This document shows, one piece after another, positions 45,186 to 55,020 of a stretch of DNA of 64,000 nucleotides. The stretch lies in the NCBI GenBank assembly GCA_964596065.1, contig CAZQSM010000001.1, positions 1,623 through 65,622 on the forward strand. The letters run 5' to 3'. The DNA comes from an uncultured Chlorobiaceae bacterium (GTDB lineage Bacteria; Bacteroidota; Ignavibacteria; UBA10030; SZUA-254). The number at the start of each line of letters is the position of its first letter. Position 1 is the first letter of the stretch. A program made the position numbers and the translations under genes. The notes under the pieces were generated by a model. The model was not told the origin of the DNA, made no database searches, and saw only the letters and a program-made list of their open reading frames with translations.

Positions 45186-48100
45186 CTATTTCATCAGGAG
45201 TACCTTCTGCACAGCGGTGAACTCGCCGGCCGTCATCCTGATGACGTACATCCCTGTGGGGACCGCCTTGCCCGCTTCATCACGACCGTCCCACGAGAGC
45301 GTCAGTGAACCCGCTTCTTTCGTGCCGGCCAGCAGTGTGGCGACGAACCTTCCGAGGAGATCGTAGACCCCGACGTCCACCCGGGAGTTTTTCGGCAGAT
45401 CGACCTGCACGTGCGTCACCGGGTTGAACGGGTTCGGATAGTTTCTGCCGAGCGCGAACGCCTGGGGGAGGTCCGCAGGCTCGTCGGACAGTCTGACGAT
45501 GAATCCGGCATTCGAACCGGCCTCGCGGATCGTCACAGAACCGCTCCCTTCGATGGCACTGCCGGTCCCCTCATGCCCGATGAAATAGAATTTTCCCGAC
45601 CCGGCGGGCGGGGAGGCAATCTCCCAGCTGAGGGTGATCGGGTACGAAGCGCCCTGGACCAGCACCGGATAGTCACGGTTCGTTCCCGCATCCAGATCGG
45701 ACCAGCTTTCGAGCATCGTCTGCGATGAGAAGCGGACGTCGAATCCGCCCGAGGGGGGGAGGGGGGGAAGCTCGTAGAACCGGGTCCCCCGGACGAGGAC
45801 CGACGCCTCGGCGAGATAGACCGACTGCGACCGCCCGGCCGCGTCCCTCACCGTGAACCGGTTGGCCGCGCGGAGTTCGGCCGGCAGCTCCGCCTGCTTG
45901 GGCGCCGCGGCGGACGACGCCGTCATGTCGAGCGTTCCGGCCCCGTTGACCTTCACCCAGTATCCGCGGCCCGGTTGGATGGAGGTCGCCGTGGCGTATC
46001 CCGACGCCCCAAACCCGAAAAATGGGGAGGCGATGGTCGTACCGGTGGGCACGATCTCGGAGGTCGCGACGAAACCCGAGGGCCCGCCGATCAGGTTCCA
46101 TTTGTCCTGGACGGCGGCGACGACCGCGCTGTCGAACGTGCCGGGAGAACCTCCCACGCCGCCCGCGCCGTTGAACTTGAGCCAGTACCCTTTCCCCTGC
46201 GTCAGCGGGTCCGCGACGGCGTATCCGGCGCCGTATTCGTACGCCGACGAGGCCGAGGTCGGGAAGAGGGAGGACTTCGCGTAGTTCAGGTCGTTCGGCG
46301 TGAGCGATACGGCCACGATGTTCCAGCCGTCGAGGGCCGTCGTGCTGATGTTCGGGATGAGCCTGACGCACCAGTTATCCCTCGGCTTCGTCTCGTGGGG
46401 GTAGGTATTCCGGTTGACGTAGATCCACCCCGGGACCGGGCCAGAAATGTCGTTCGAATCGGCCTGCATCCCGACGAGGGCGAGGGAGTCGAGGCCGGTG
46501 GTGCCGACGCTTTCGTACTGGTATTCCACGCTCCCGTCGCACCGGTTCAGGACGGCGCGGAACGTCGTGATGTCCGGGATGGGTCCGTCCGTGTCGAAGG
46601 CGCCGATGGAATCCCACTGCACGATGAAGAGGCAGGGGTCAGCGTCGTTGCCGTAGAGGATCCGGCCGTACGTGGCCGCGGAGTCGCCGATGATGAAATC
46701 GGACCAGAACGGCGCTAAGAACATTCCCGGCATCCGGCCAGCGCGGTTGGTGTCCGTACGTCCGGTTTTCTGGGGGTTCGGGAAATCCCAACCGGTGGTC
46801 GCGAAGCCGTTTGAGTTGACGTCGAGCGTGTCGAGGGCGGACTTGCTCAGCGCCATCGCGCCGTTCACCCCGATCCAGGCGTATCGGAACGTGTCCGCGA
46901 ACATCGTGTAGGTCGCTCCCATGTCGTACGGTCCGGAGGTCCCGTCGTCCTTCGGCGCGGTACCGGAGCCGGAGTACGGCGGTACGAAGAAAGAGGCGGT
47001 GTCGACGGCGATCCCGCTGGCGGAGATGTCGTGGACGGTGCACGCGGCGCCCGTATCGGCAGTGAACCACTCGGTGCTGAGCTTCACGATCTTGTATGAG
47101 TTGGACCCGGTGGAATCTGCGAAGTCGTTCGAGTCGGCGGCGACGATTTTATAGGAAATCACGTCGTTGACCTCCGCCCCGGGGAGTGAACCTTCCCAGG
47201 TATCGGCGCCGAGGTAGAGCATGGGGATGTCGGGTTGGGCGACGTTATTGATGGTGTGCCGGATTTTCGCGTATTTGACGCCCGCCGACAACGGCGCCTC
47301 GGGATTGCAGTCGATGATCTGAGCCTGAACCACCTGGGGATCCGTCGAGAGCGTCGTGTTGACGTCGGTGACATTCTCGAAAACCGGCGGGATATTTGTT
47401 TCGACCGTCATCGTGTACCAGAAGAGGATATTGAAATCGCCCCTGGCCACCCACCCCGGGCACGTGAACCCCGGTTGGATTTCCACGATGTGTTCATAGA
47501 ATTTCCAGTTGTGGGTCGAAAGCGAATCCGTTTCGTTCACCGCCAGGAAACCGGTCTGGCTCTCTTCGGCCTGGGCAACATGGGGGCCGTAAATTCGGAT
47601 GGTGATGAAGAACGGGTCGCCGACAGTGACCTGCGGTTCCCCCAGAACTCCGAGGTCGTAAAAGTTGACCGCATTCGCCTGCTCGACCACCGGTGCGCCG
47701 CCGAAACCCCAGATTTCGTCCCCCATGGGTGTAAAGGAGGGGGTGGCTCCTGACACCGTGGAGTACCAGGTTGGGTCGGTGGCGTCTTCCGGAAATGCAG
47801 CGATGCCATTGTCGAGATCATCGGTATTGATGAAGTAACCCCAGCAGAGTCGGCCCGGTTTCGGGTAACCGCCATATCCGGGGCCACTTCCCGGATAAAT
47901 GTTCGATTTGAACAACCGAAGCGTGACGGTGGAATCTGCGGAGCCAACATCCGTGGCCCGCCAAAAAATCGTGTCGATCGTGCCGCTGGCGGGGGCCACG
48001 TACCACATCGCCATGATGTCCTGGTGGAATCCGATGTGGTTAGTCCCGGGGTTGGGGTTCTGTTCGAGCGTATAGCCGAATGTCGCCTGGTCGGTACAGA

Positions 48101-48269
48101 CCATCGTTGACGTGGCGTTACTCTGCGCGGCCATCGATTGTTTGAGAAGGTCGGCGGCACCCTGGTTTTTTCCGATCGGGATTGCGTCGCCGTACGGCGA
48201 TACGAGGACCCGTTGCTGCGATAGTGCCGGGAGCGTGCACACAAACAGGAAGAGGATCAATTTATTCAT
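45186..48269 (-). CDS. Large secreted protein with a NIDO-like domain and a canonical T9SS type-A / FlgD-like C-terminal domain
   Basis: MNKLILFLFVCTLPALSQ signal; LAPFWSDF..FIVQW; C-terminal LGRNYPNPFNP..VYDLLGR..WDGRD..G..VPTGMYVIRM..QKVLLMK. Confidence 0.8.
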   Translation of the reverse strand: MNKLILFLFVCTLPALSQQRVLVSPYGDAIPIGKNQGAADLLKQSMAAQSNATSTMVCTDQATFGYTLEQNPNPGTNHIGFHQDIMAMWYVAPASGTIDTIFWRATDVGSADSTVTLRLFKSNIYPGSGPGYGGYPKPGRLCWGYFINTDDLDNGIAAFPEDATDPTWYSTVSGATPSFTPMGDEIWGFGGAPVVEQANAVNFYDLGVLGEPQVTVGDPFFITIRIYGPHVAQAEESQTGFLAVNETDSLSTHNWKFYEHIVEIQPGFTCPGWVARGDFNILFWYTMTVETNIPPVFENVTDVNTTLSTDPQVVQAQIIDCNPEAPLSAGVKYAKIRHTINNVAQPDIPMLYLGADTWEGSLPGAEVNDVISYKIVAADSNDFADSTGSNSYKIVKLSTEWFTADTGAACTVHDISASGIAVDTASFFVPPYSGSGTAPKDDGTSGPYDMGATYTMFADTFRYAWIGVNGAMALSKSALDTLDVNSNGFATTGWDFPNPQKTGRTDTNRAGRMPGMFLAPFWSDFIIGDSAATYGRILYGNDADPCLFIVQWDSIGAFDTDGPIPDITTFRAVLNRCDGSVEYQYESVGTTGLDSLALVGMQADSNDISGPVPGWIYVNRNTYPHETKPRDNWCVRLIPNISTTALDGWNIVAVSLTPNDLNYAKSSLFPTSASSAYEYGAGYAVADPLTQGKGYWLKFNGAGGVGGSPGTFDSAVVAAVQDKWNLIGGPSGFVATSEIVPTGTTIASPFFGFGASGYATATSIQPGRGYWVKVNGAGTLDMTASSAAAPKQAELPAELRAANRFTVRDAAGRSQSVYLAEASVLVRGTRFYELPPLPPSGGFDVRFSSQTMLESWSDLDAGTNRDYPVLVQGASYPITLSWEIASPPAGSGKFYFIGHEGTGSAIEGSGSVTIREAGSNAGFIVRLSDEPADLPQAFALGRNYPNPFNPVTHVQVDLPKNSRVDVGVYDLLGRFVATLLAGTKEAGSLTLSWDGRDEAGKAVPTGMYVIRMTAGEFTAVQKVLLMK

Positions 48270-48316
48270 CGGGAGCCTCACAGATTGATAAAAAATTTGC
48301 GACGGGTAATCGACAC

Positions 48317-48345
48317 ATTATCGTCTTTTTTAGTCAAATTGTCAA
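48317..48345 (-). promoter_or_regulatory. sigma70-type promoter with the -35 overlapping the tyrA stop
   Basis: TTGACA (48345-48340) - 17 nt - GATAAT (48322-48317). Confidence 0.75.
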
Positions 48346-49091
48346 TTGTCGTCGCGCCGATTTCGGAGGGATTCGGTTTTTCGTTGAATGTGGCGAACAA
48401 GCCTGCCTAATGATGCCGGGCAGTACGGGTTGAAACGGTACAGATCCCGTATCAGATCGGGCGAGTTTCGGGCGGCCCGCCGGGCGATGATCCGGAGATG
48501 TTCGAAGCCCGCGGTCGTCATTCCTGGTACGCCTGGTCGCGCGGCTTGAGGGAACGTCTCCCCGATAAACTGGGTAAGGAAAAGACTGGATGACATTGAT
48601 TTATCGTGAGTAACGGCAGTCATCTCTATTGGCTTCAATCCCAGGGAAACGATGGTGCGCAGCAGCAGAAGGTGACAGGCCGGACTGCTCCTTCCCCGAC
48701 AGACGGCGACCGGATGACCGCCCTCTCCCGCCGGGGGAGTGTCGGGCCCGAAGAGGGGGTGAAGGCCGGCATATGATACCCCCGCGGGAAGGTGGGTTCC
48801 AAGCCACTTCAGCGGCGCGATTTTAACGGCGCAGAGGTCGGCAACGAATGCGCCATTCCTGACCCTCGACCCGTTGGATTCCAGGAATTGTTTCAGGCGG
48901 AGCGCCGGAAGCGCAAATATGATCAGGTCGAACCCGCCCAGGTCGGAGACCGATGCCCGTTTGAGTCCCCACCGAAGTCGGACCCCCCGACGCGTTTCGA
49001 GGATGTGGACGGTAAACCGCCTCCTGAGCAGCGCGGCGGCGAACGCGCCGAATCGACCATACCCGACGAGCAGGAGCGACGGTTTTTTCAT
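48342..49091 (-). CDS. tyrA: Prephenate/arogenate dehydrogenase (TyrA, short monofunctional form)
   Basis: GYGRFG Rossmann motif, DLCAVK, GLHPLFGP, HDKSM. Confidence 0.82.
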   Translation of the reverse strand: MKKPSLLLVGYGRFGAFAAALLRRRFTVHILETRRGVRLRWGLKRASVSDLGGFDLIIFALPALRLKQFLESNGSRVRNGAFVADLCAVKIAPLKWLGTHLPAGVSYAGLHPLFGPDTPPAGEGGHPVAVCRGRSSPACHLLLLRTIVSLGLKPIEMTAVTHDKSMSSSLFLTQFIGETFPQAARPGVPGMTTAGFEHLRIIARRAARNSPDLIRDLYRFNPYCPASLGRLVRHIQRKTESLRNRRDDN

Positions 49092-50422
49092 CGTTTCTGC
49101 ACCTGCCGGGAGTGGAGGAAAATCGCGGAGTAGACGCTCCGGAGTAGATGTTCGTCGAGGAGTGTCTGGTCGGCAACAAGGAGGAGCCTCCGGAGAATGG
49201 CGCGTTCCCTGCCGGGATCGCCGATTCTCGATCCGGCGCGCTTTTTCATCGAACCGAGCTCTCTCACCAGGCCCTGCCGTTCGTTGAGGAGGATCAGGAG
49301 GGCGTCATCGACGAGATCGATCTCCCGGCGCACCGCCGCGGGGGAGAGGGGCGGGCGGAGGAGCGACTGGCGGAGCAGGTGGTCCGCGATCACGACGGCG
49401 ATCATCGATTCGACGACCGGGACGACCCTGGGGCAGATGCACGGGTCGTGTCTCCCGGTCACGGAGATGCCGGCACTCCGTCCCCGCGTGTCCACCGTCC
49501 GCTGTCTCCTGCCGATCGACGAGGGTGGCTTCACGGCGACGCGGAGCACGATCTCCTCGCCGTTCGAAATTCCGCCGAGGATGCCGCCGGCGTGATTGGT
49601 GCGGGTGCGGACCCTCCCATCGCGACGGGAAACGTAGAGCTGATCGTTGTGCTCGCTCCCGTTCATCTTCGCCGCGGAAAACCCGGAACCGATTTCGACC
49701 CCCTTGACGGCCGGAATCGACATCACCGCCCGTGAGAGCTCCGCGTCGAGCTTGTCGAAAACCGGATCGCCGAGGCCCGCCGGGCACCCGCGTACCACCG
49801 CTTCCACGATCCCGCCGGCTGAATCCCCCTGTTTCCTCAGTGCCGTGATTCGCCGCTCCATCCTGAGCGCGGCCGCCGGGTCGGGGCAGCGCATCGGGTT
49901 CCGTTCGATCTCCGAGCGGACGACGCGACCGGCGCGGACGCCTGCCGCCTCGAGCGTGTAGGCAAAGATATCGATGCCCCGCTTCGCCAGGAGCTGCTTC
50001 GCCAGCCCCCCGGCGGCGACTCGCCCGGCCGTTTCGCGTCCGGAGGACCTGCCCCCGCCCCGGTAGTCGTGGATGCCGTACTTCGACAGGTACGTGTAGC
50101 CGGCGTGTCCGGGGCGGAAGAGATGACGCACGGATCTATACGCGCCGGGGTCCTGGTCTTCGTTCCTGATGAGCAGGCAGATCGGGGTGCCGAGGGTCTT
50201 CCCCCTGTAGACGCCGCTGACGATCTCCACGCGGTCCGTTTCCCGCCTCGGGGAGGTCACCGCGCTCTGGCCGGGGCGGCGGCGGTTGAGTTCATTCTGG
50301 ATGGCCGCTTCCGAAATCTTCAGGTTCGGGCGCACGCCGTCGATCAGGACGCCGACGGCCTTCCCGTGGCTCTCCCCGAACGTGGTAATCCTGAATAACG
50401 TGCCGATGGTATTTCCTGCCAT
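49088..50422 (-). CDS. aroC: Chorismate synthase fused to a C-terminal AroQ-type chorismate mutase
   Basis: TTFGESHG, RPGHA, RSSGRET, GRHDPC for AroC; then RREIDLVD..LLNER..MK..DPGRE..SRQVQ for AroQ; GGAG RBS before ATG 50422. Confidence 0.92.
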   Translation of the reverse strand: MAGNTIGTLFRITTFGESHGKAVGVLIDGVRPNLKISEAAIQNELNRRRPGQSAVTSPRRETDRVEIVSGVYRGKTLGTPICLLIRNEDQDPGAYRSVRHLFRPGHAGYTYLSKYGIHDYRGGGRSSGRETAGRVAAGGLAKQLLAKRGIDIFAYTLEAAGVRAGRVVRSEIERNPMRCPDPAAALRMERRITALRKQGDSAGGIVEAVVRGCPAGLGDPVFDKLDAELSRAVMSIPAVKGVEIGSGFSAAKMNGSEHNDQLYVSRRDGRVRTRTNHAGGILGGISNGEEIVLRVAVKPPSSIGRRQRTVDTRGRSAGISVTGRHDPCICPRVVPVVESMIAVVIADHLLRQSLLRPPLSPAAVRREIDLVDDALLILLNERQGLVRELGSMKKRAGSRIGDPGRERAILRRLLLVADQTLLDEHLLRSVYSAIFLHSRQVQKR

Positions 50423-50437
50423 TGGATTCACTCCGTG

Positions 50438-51700
50438 TCAGTTGAATTTTTCAAGTTCCGTCCAGAAACCCGGGAACGACTTCGCGACGCATCCCGGGTT
50501 GACGATCCGCACGCCGTCCAGGCCGAGTCCGGCCACGGCGAAACTCATGGCGATGCGATGGTCCCGGTAGGTTTCGATGACGGCGCCGCGCAGCGGCCCG
50601 GGGCTGATCGTCAGCGTCCCGCCGGAGACTCCGGCCCGGGCACCGATCTTCCCCAGCTCGTTGCAGAGCGCCGAGAGGCGGTCGGTCTCCTTGCGCTTCA
50701 GGTGTGCGACACCCGTTATGGCGGATGGTGTCGAGGCGAAGGCCGCGGCGACGGCGAGGGGAGGGACGCTGTCCGGGAGGGGGTTCATGTCGGTAGTGAT
50801 GCCCCGGAGGGTCCCGCCTTCGACGGTCACTCCGTCCGCGTCAAAACCGACAGCGCACCCCATCTCCCGGAGGAGGAGGAAGCAGCCGACGTCCCCCTGG
50901 AGGGAGTCGCGCCGGACGCCGCGGATCGTGACCCGGCTCTTCGTGATGGCCGCGGCGGCGCCGAAGAAGGCCGCCGATGAGAGGTCCGGCTCGACGTCAT
51001 ATTCGCGGGCGCGGTAGTGTCCCGCTGTGGCGAGCCTGTACGCTGCTCCCGCGGCCTCGGCACCGACACCGAAGTCGCGCATCACAGCGATTGTCATCGC
51101 GACATAGGGGGCGGAACTGAGGTCGCCGGCCAGCGTCATGACCAGCGGCGTCCGGCAAAAGGGCGCGACCAGGAGCAGCGCGGAGAGGAACTGGCTGCTT
51201 TCGTCCGCGGCGAGGGCGACGCGGCCGCCGAACGGCGCGCCGCCCCTGACCGTCACGGGAGGAAAACCGTCACGGCAGGAAGCATCCACGCCGGCTTCCA
51301 CGAGCGCCTGGACGAGCGGGGCCACGGGGCGTTGCAGCATCTCGGCGTCGCCGGTGAGCGTCGTGGCGCCAGGAACGAGGGCCGAGAACGCGGTCAGGAA
51401 ACGGAGGCAGGTCCCGGCGTTGCCGACGTGGATGGTCCGGTCACCGGCGGGCGGGCGTCCGCCGCAGCCGGCGATCCGTAGTGCACCGTGAGTTTCGTCG
51501 ATCCCGACGCCGAACTGCCGCAGCGCCCTGACCATCGTCAACGAATCGGATGAGGGTGACGGGTGCCGAATGACGCTCACGCCGTCGGCGAGCGCAGCGG
51601 CGATCAGCGCCCGCTGCGTATAGCTCTTCGACGGGGGGAGATCGACTGCCACGTTCCTTCGAACGGCCGGGCGGATGAGGCGCGGTTCCGTGCCGGTCAC
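50438..51700 (-). CDS. aroA: 3-phosphoshikimate 1-carboxyvinyltransferase (EPSP synthase)
   Basis: PPSKSYTQR, GNAGTCLRF, SSQFLSALL, KETDRL, DHRIAMSF. Confidence 0.95.
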   Translation of the reverse strand: MTGTEPRLIRPAVRRNVAVDLPPSKSYTQRALIAAALADGVSVIRHPSPSSDSLTMVRALRQFGVGIDETHGALRIAGCGGRPPAGDRTIHVGNAGTCLRFLTAFSALVPGATTLTGDAEMLQRPVAPLVQALVEAGVDASCRDGFPPVTVRGGAPFGGRVALAADESSQFLSALLLVAPFCRTPLVMTLAGDLSSAPYVAMTIAVMRDFGVGAEAAGAAYRLATAGHYRAREYDVEPDLSSAAFFGAAAAITKSRVTIRGVRRDSLQGDVGCFLLLREMGCAVGFDADGVTVEGGTLRGITTDMNPLPDSVPPLAVAAAFASTPSAITGVAHLKRKETDRLSALCNELGKIGARAGVSGGTLTISPGPLRGAVIETYRDHRIAMSFAVAGLGLDGVRIVNPGCVAKSFPGFWTELEKFN

Positions 51701-53130
51701 AGGAGTTCCAGGAACATCGCCGACTGCAATCGGGCCTGCGCGCCGTAGAGCTCTGCGCCGGTGATCACCGGAACTCCGCTGCGCCGGGCGTCCGCGACCA
51801 GGGTGGTCCGCCCACCGGGCGGGTTGGCGAAATCGCAGACCAGTTCATATCGGCCGAGGGAGGAGGGGGGGACGATCCTGCCGGCGCCCCGCGTTCCCGT
51901 TCCGGAATCCATCCCCACAGGCGTGGCGTTCACCAGGACGTCACCCTCGAAATCTGGTTGCTCCGGGAGCGGGATCCAGTCGCACCCGAACCGACGGGCC
52001 AGTTCGCGCGCGGCCCGCGTGTCGCGCCCCGCGATGGTGACCCTCGCGCCGGACACCGCGCCGACGCCGGCGACGGTGCCCGCTGTCCCACCTGTTCCAA
52101 GGACGAGGACCCGTTTGCCGGCGGGGTGGATCCGTTCCCTCAGCAACGAAAGGAGGGCGTGGAAATCGGTGTTCAGCCCGCGGAGCATGCCACGCTTGCG
52201 GAGTACCGTGTTCACCGAACCGGTGATGAGCGCGGAATCATCCAGCCGGTCGAGGAAGCCCGCGATCGACCGCTTGAAGGGCATGGTGACGCTCAGGCCG
52301 GTGATGTTCCCCGACATCAGGTCGAGGAACGCGCCGTCGTCGTCCGACGCGAAGTTGACGTACACGGCGTTTGCCCGTTTCTTGATGAATATGGCGTTAT
52401 GGTAGCGGATGCCGCCGCTGAACTCCACGGGATAGCCGAGGAGGCCGAAAACCCGCGTTCGGCGATCAAGACGGTCCGCGCGGTAGAGACCGGCCAGGTC
52501 GGCGATGGGAAGCTGCCCGGGTCCGGTGGGGTTGGCGGCGTCCGCCGACGCGAATGTCATCGCGCCGCCGAACACCCCCTGAAGGACCCTTGTGTAGCTC
52601 CCGAACCCTCCCATCGCGAGCGCGACCGCCGGCTGCCGGAGCGCGCGGGCCTCCGCAAGGATGTCGAGGACCCGACCGGTATCGCCGAAACAGACCGGGG
52701 TCGCGGCGATTTTTACGAAGGCCGGTTTCAGGGCGGCCATCGCGCGGAAGCGGGCGGGGAGATCGGCGGGCACACGACGGGTGTCGTGATACGAGAGAAT
52801 GATCCGTTGCCGGCCCGCCGCGCCGAAGAGTTTCCGGAGCAGGGGGGGGCCGAGGGAGAATTCCGCGTCCAGATATTCAGCGCCCGCCGACGCGGCTTCC
52901 ATCAGGAGATCCGCGGCCCGTCGCGGGGAACCGTCGAACAACCCTCCTTCCCGGCGGCTCCGGCAGGTGACGATCAACGGGGGCCGGGGGCGCGCCAGCA
53001 ATGGTCCGAGGGCGAATGTGTCGAGCCCGTCGATCCGAAGTTCCGCGGGGCTCTTCATCCCCGAGTGCCGTTTGAGGAATTTCGCGGCCTCCCGGAGCGA
53101 TCGGGGGGCTGACGAAGGGACGATGATCAT
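51697..53130 (-). CDS. aroDE: Bifunctional type-I 3-dehydroquinate dehydratase / shikimate dehydrogenase (AroD-AroE)
   Basis: AELRID, IVTCR..EGG, ILSYH, VKIA, AMG; then GLLGYP, GLSVTMPFK, GSVNT, NTD, LGTGGTA, NATPVGM. Confidence 0.88.
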   Translation of the reverse strand: MIIVPSSAPRSLREAAKFLKRHSGMKSPAELRIDGLDTFALGPLLARPRPPLIVTCRSRREGGLFDGSPRRAADLLMEAASAGAEYLDAEFSLGPPLLRKLFGAAGRQRIILSYHDTRRVPADLPARFRAMAALKPAFVKIAATPVCFGDTGRVLDILAEARALRQPAVALAMGGFGSYTRVLQGVFGGAMTFASADAANPTGPGQLPIADLAGLYRADRLDRRTRVFGLLGYPVEFSGGIRYHNAIFIKKRANAVYVNFASDDDGAFLDLMSGNITGLSVTMPFKRSIAGFLDRLDDSALITGSVNTVLRKRGMLRGLNTDFHALLSLLRERIHPAGKRVLVLGTGGTAGTVAGVGAVSGARVTIAGRDTRAARELARRFGCDWIPLPEQPDFEGDVLVNATPVGMDSGTGTRGAGRIVPPSSLGRYELVCDFANPPGGRTTLVADARRSGVPVITGAELYGAQARLQSAMFLELL

Positions 53131-54209
53131 CGCCCCAGCGCCTCTTCGAGGAGCGGCCGGGGAACCTCGACTCCCCAAACCCCCCGGCCGATGGCGGAAA
53201 GGAGGGAAAACCGGACGATGCCGTCCGCCCGCTTCTTGTCGAACCGGAGGGCCCGCAGGAGGGCGGACCGGGTCAGGTTCGCCGGAACCGTGACTGGCAG
53301 GCCGTAGGAGCTGAGGAGTTCGCGGATGCGCTCAAGATCGCGACCGTCGATCATCCCCATGGCGCAGGAGATCCGCGCCTCGGCCGCCATCCCGATCGCA
53401 ACCGCCTCGCCGTGCGTGACCCTGTATCCGGAGGTGTGTTCCACTGCGTGCCCGATGGTATGGCCGAAATTGAGGAGCTTCCTCCCCGCGGTCTCGCGTT
53501 CATCGGCGGCGACGAGCTTTCCCTTGAGCGCGCACGAACGGGCTATCACCCGGGAGACCAATGACATGTTTCGCGCGCGGATCGGGCCGACCGACCGGCC
53601 GAGAAGGTCCACGAACCGACGGTCGAGGATGAGGCCGATCTTGATCACCTCGGCAAACCCCCGGATATATTCCCTTTCAGGGAGGGTACGGAGGAATGCG
53701 GGATTCGTCAGAACGGCCACGGGCTGGTGGAAGGAGCCGAGGAGATTTTTTCCCATCGGGTGGTCGATCCCGACCTTGCCGCCGATCGAGCTGTCGACCT
53801 GCGCTACGAGCGATGTGGGCACCTGGACCAGCCGTACCCCCCGGAGGATCGTGGCGGCAGCGAAGCCCGCCAGGTCGCCGACGACCCCGCCCCCGAAGGC
53901 GGCGACGACGCACTCCCTGTCCGCCCCGGAGCGGATGAGCTCGTCCTCGAGCCGGTCACGCGTCCGGCGGCTTTTGTTCCGCTCGCCGGTGGGGAGGACG
54001 ATCGTGCGGAATCGCGCGCCACGGCCTGCGAGCATCCGTTCGAGGGTTTCGCCATGATACGAGTGCACGTTTCGGTCGGTGACGAGGAAGAGGGTCGTTC
54101 CCCGCGCGGCGGCGGCCAGGCGCGACGCGACCTCTGCCGTTCCGGAGCAGAAATGAACGGGACACACCCGGGAAGGGGCAGGCGACCATCTGATGACGAG
54201 ACTCTTCAT
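53127..54209 (-). CDS. aroB: 3-dehydroquinate synthase
   Basis: GERNKS, AFGGGVVGDLAGF, QVPTSL.AQVDSSIGGK, KNLLGSF, LNFGHTIGHA, HGEAVAIG; start ATG 54209. Confidence 0.93.
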   Translation of the reverse strand: MKSLVIRWSPAPSRVCPVHFCSGTAEVASRLAAAARGTTLFLVTDRNVHSYHGETLERMLAGRGARFRTIVLPTGERNKSRRTRDRLEDELIRSGADRECVVAAFGGGVVGDLAGFAAATILRGVRLVQVPTSLVAQVDSSIGGKVGIDHPMGKNLLGSFHQPVAVLTNPAFLRTLPEREYIRGFAEVIKIGLILDRRFVDLLGRSVGPIRARNMSLVSRVIARSCALKGKLVAADERETAGRKLLNFGHTIGHAVEHTSGYRVTHGEAVAIGMAAEARISCAMGMIDGRDLERIRELLSSYGLPVTVPANLTRSALLRALRFDKKRADGIVRFSLLSAIGRGVWGVEVPRPLLEEALGR

Positions 54210-54216
54210 CGTGCGG

Positions 54217-55020
54217 TCACCGGGAATCGAGCGCCGTCCGGAGCGTGGAGGTGAATTCCGTCGCGGCCCGCCTTCCTTCGGCTGGCGGTCCGCCGGCGAG
54301 CCTCGAGACCAACGCGCTCCCCACGATGACGCCGTCGCAAGCCGCGGCCACGGTCCGTGCAGAAGCGGCGTCCGAGATGCCGAACCCGGCGAGGAACGGG
54401 GTCCGTCCCACCAAAGGCCGCGCCCGGCGCAGGAAGGCAAGCGTGTCATCCCCGACTCCGTGACGGACCCCGGTGACTCCGAGCGTCGAGACGCCGTAGA
54501 CGAAACCGGTCGAGACCATGCCAATTTCGACGATCCGTTCATCAGGGGTGGTCTGCGAAACGAGAAAGATGGTCGACAGGCCTGCCGATGCCGCGAGCGA
54601 CCGGTAGTGGGTGCTTTCCTCCGGGGGAAGATCGGGTATGATCATCCCATCCGCACCGACGGCCGCAGCGTCACGGACGAACGCCCCGAGGCCATAACTG
54701 AAGAGAGGGTTGGCATAACTCATCAATATAATCGGGATGGCGGCGCATTTCCTAATTTCGCATACCATTCCGAGGACGGACGCGGGAGTGACTCCGAGAG
54801 CCAGGGCGCGGTGGCTGCTCGCCTGGATGACCGGCCCGTCCGCGATCGGATCGGAGAAGGGTATCCCGATCTCGACGATGTCGGCTCCCGCCTCCGAAAG
54901 TCCTGCCACGAGGCCAGGGAGGAGGTCGGGGGCCGGAAGGCCGGCGGTAATGAAGACTGTAAGGACCTTACGCCCGGATCCGACGTTGGCGGCGAGCACC
55001 CGTTCGAGCGCCGTCATCAC
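54217..55020 (-). CDS. trpA: Tryptophan synthase alpha chain
   Basis: EIGIPFSDPIADGPVIQ, MSYAN, PDLP, GVTG, GFGIS, DGVIVGSA. Confidence 0.95.
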   Translation of the reverse strand: MMTALERVLAANVGSGRKVLTVFITAGLPAPDLLPGLVAGLSEAGADIVEIGIPFSDPIADGPVIQASSHRALALGVTPASVLGMVCEIRKCAAIPIILMSYANPLFSYGLGAFVRDAAAVGADGMIIPDLPPEESTHYRSLAASAGLSTIFLVSQTTPDERIVEIGMVSTGFVYGVSTLGVTGVRHGVGDDTLAFLRRARPLVGRTPFLAGFGISDAASARTVAAACDGVIVGSALVSRLAGGPPAEGRRAATEFTSTLRTALDSR

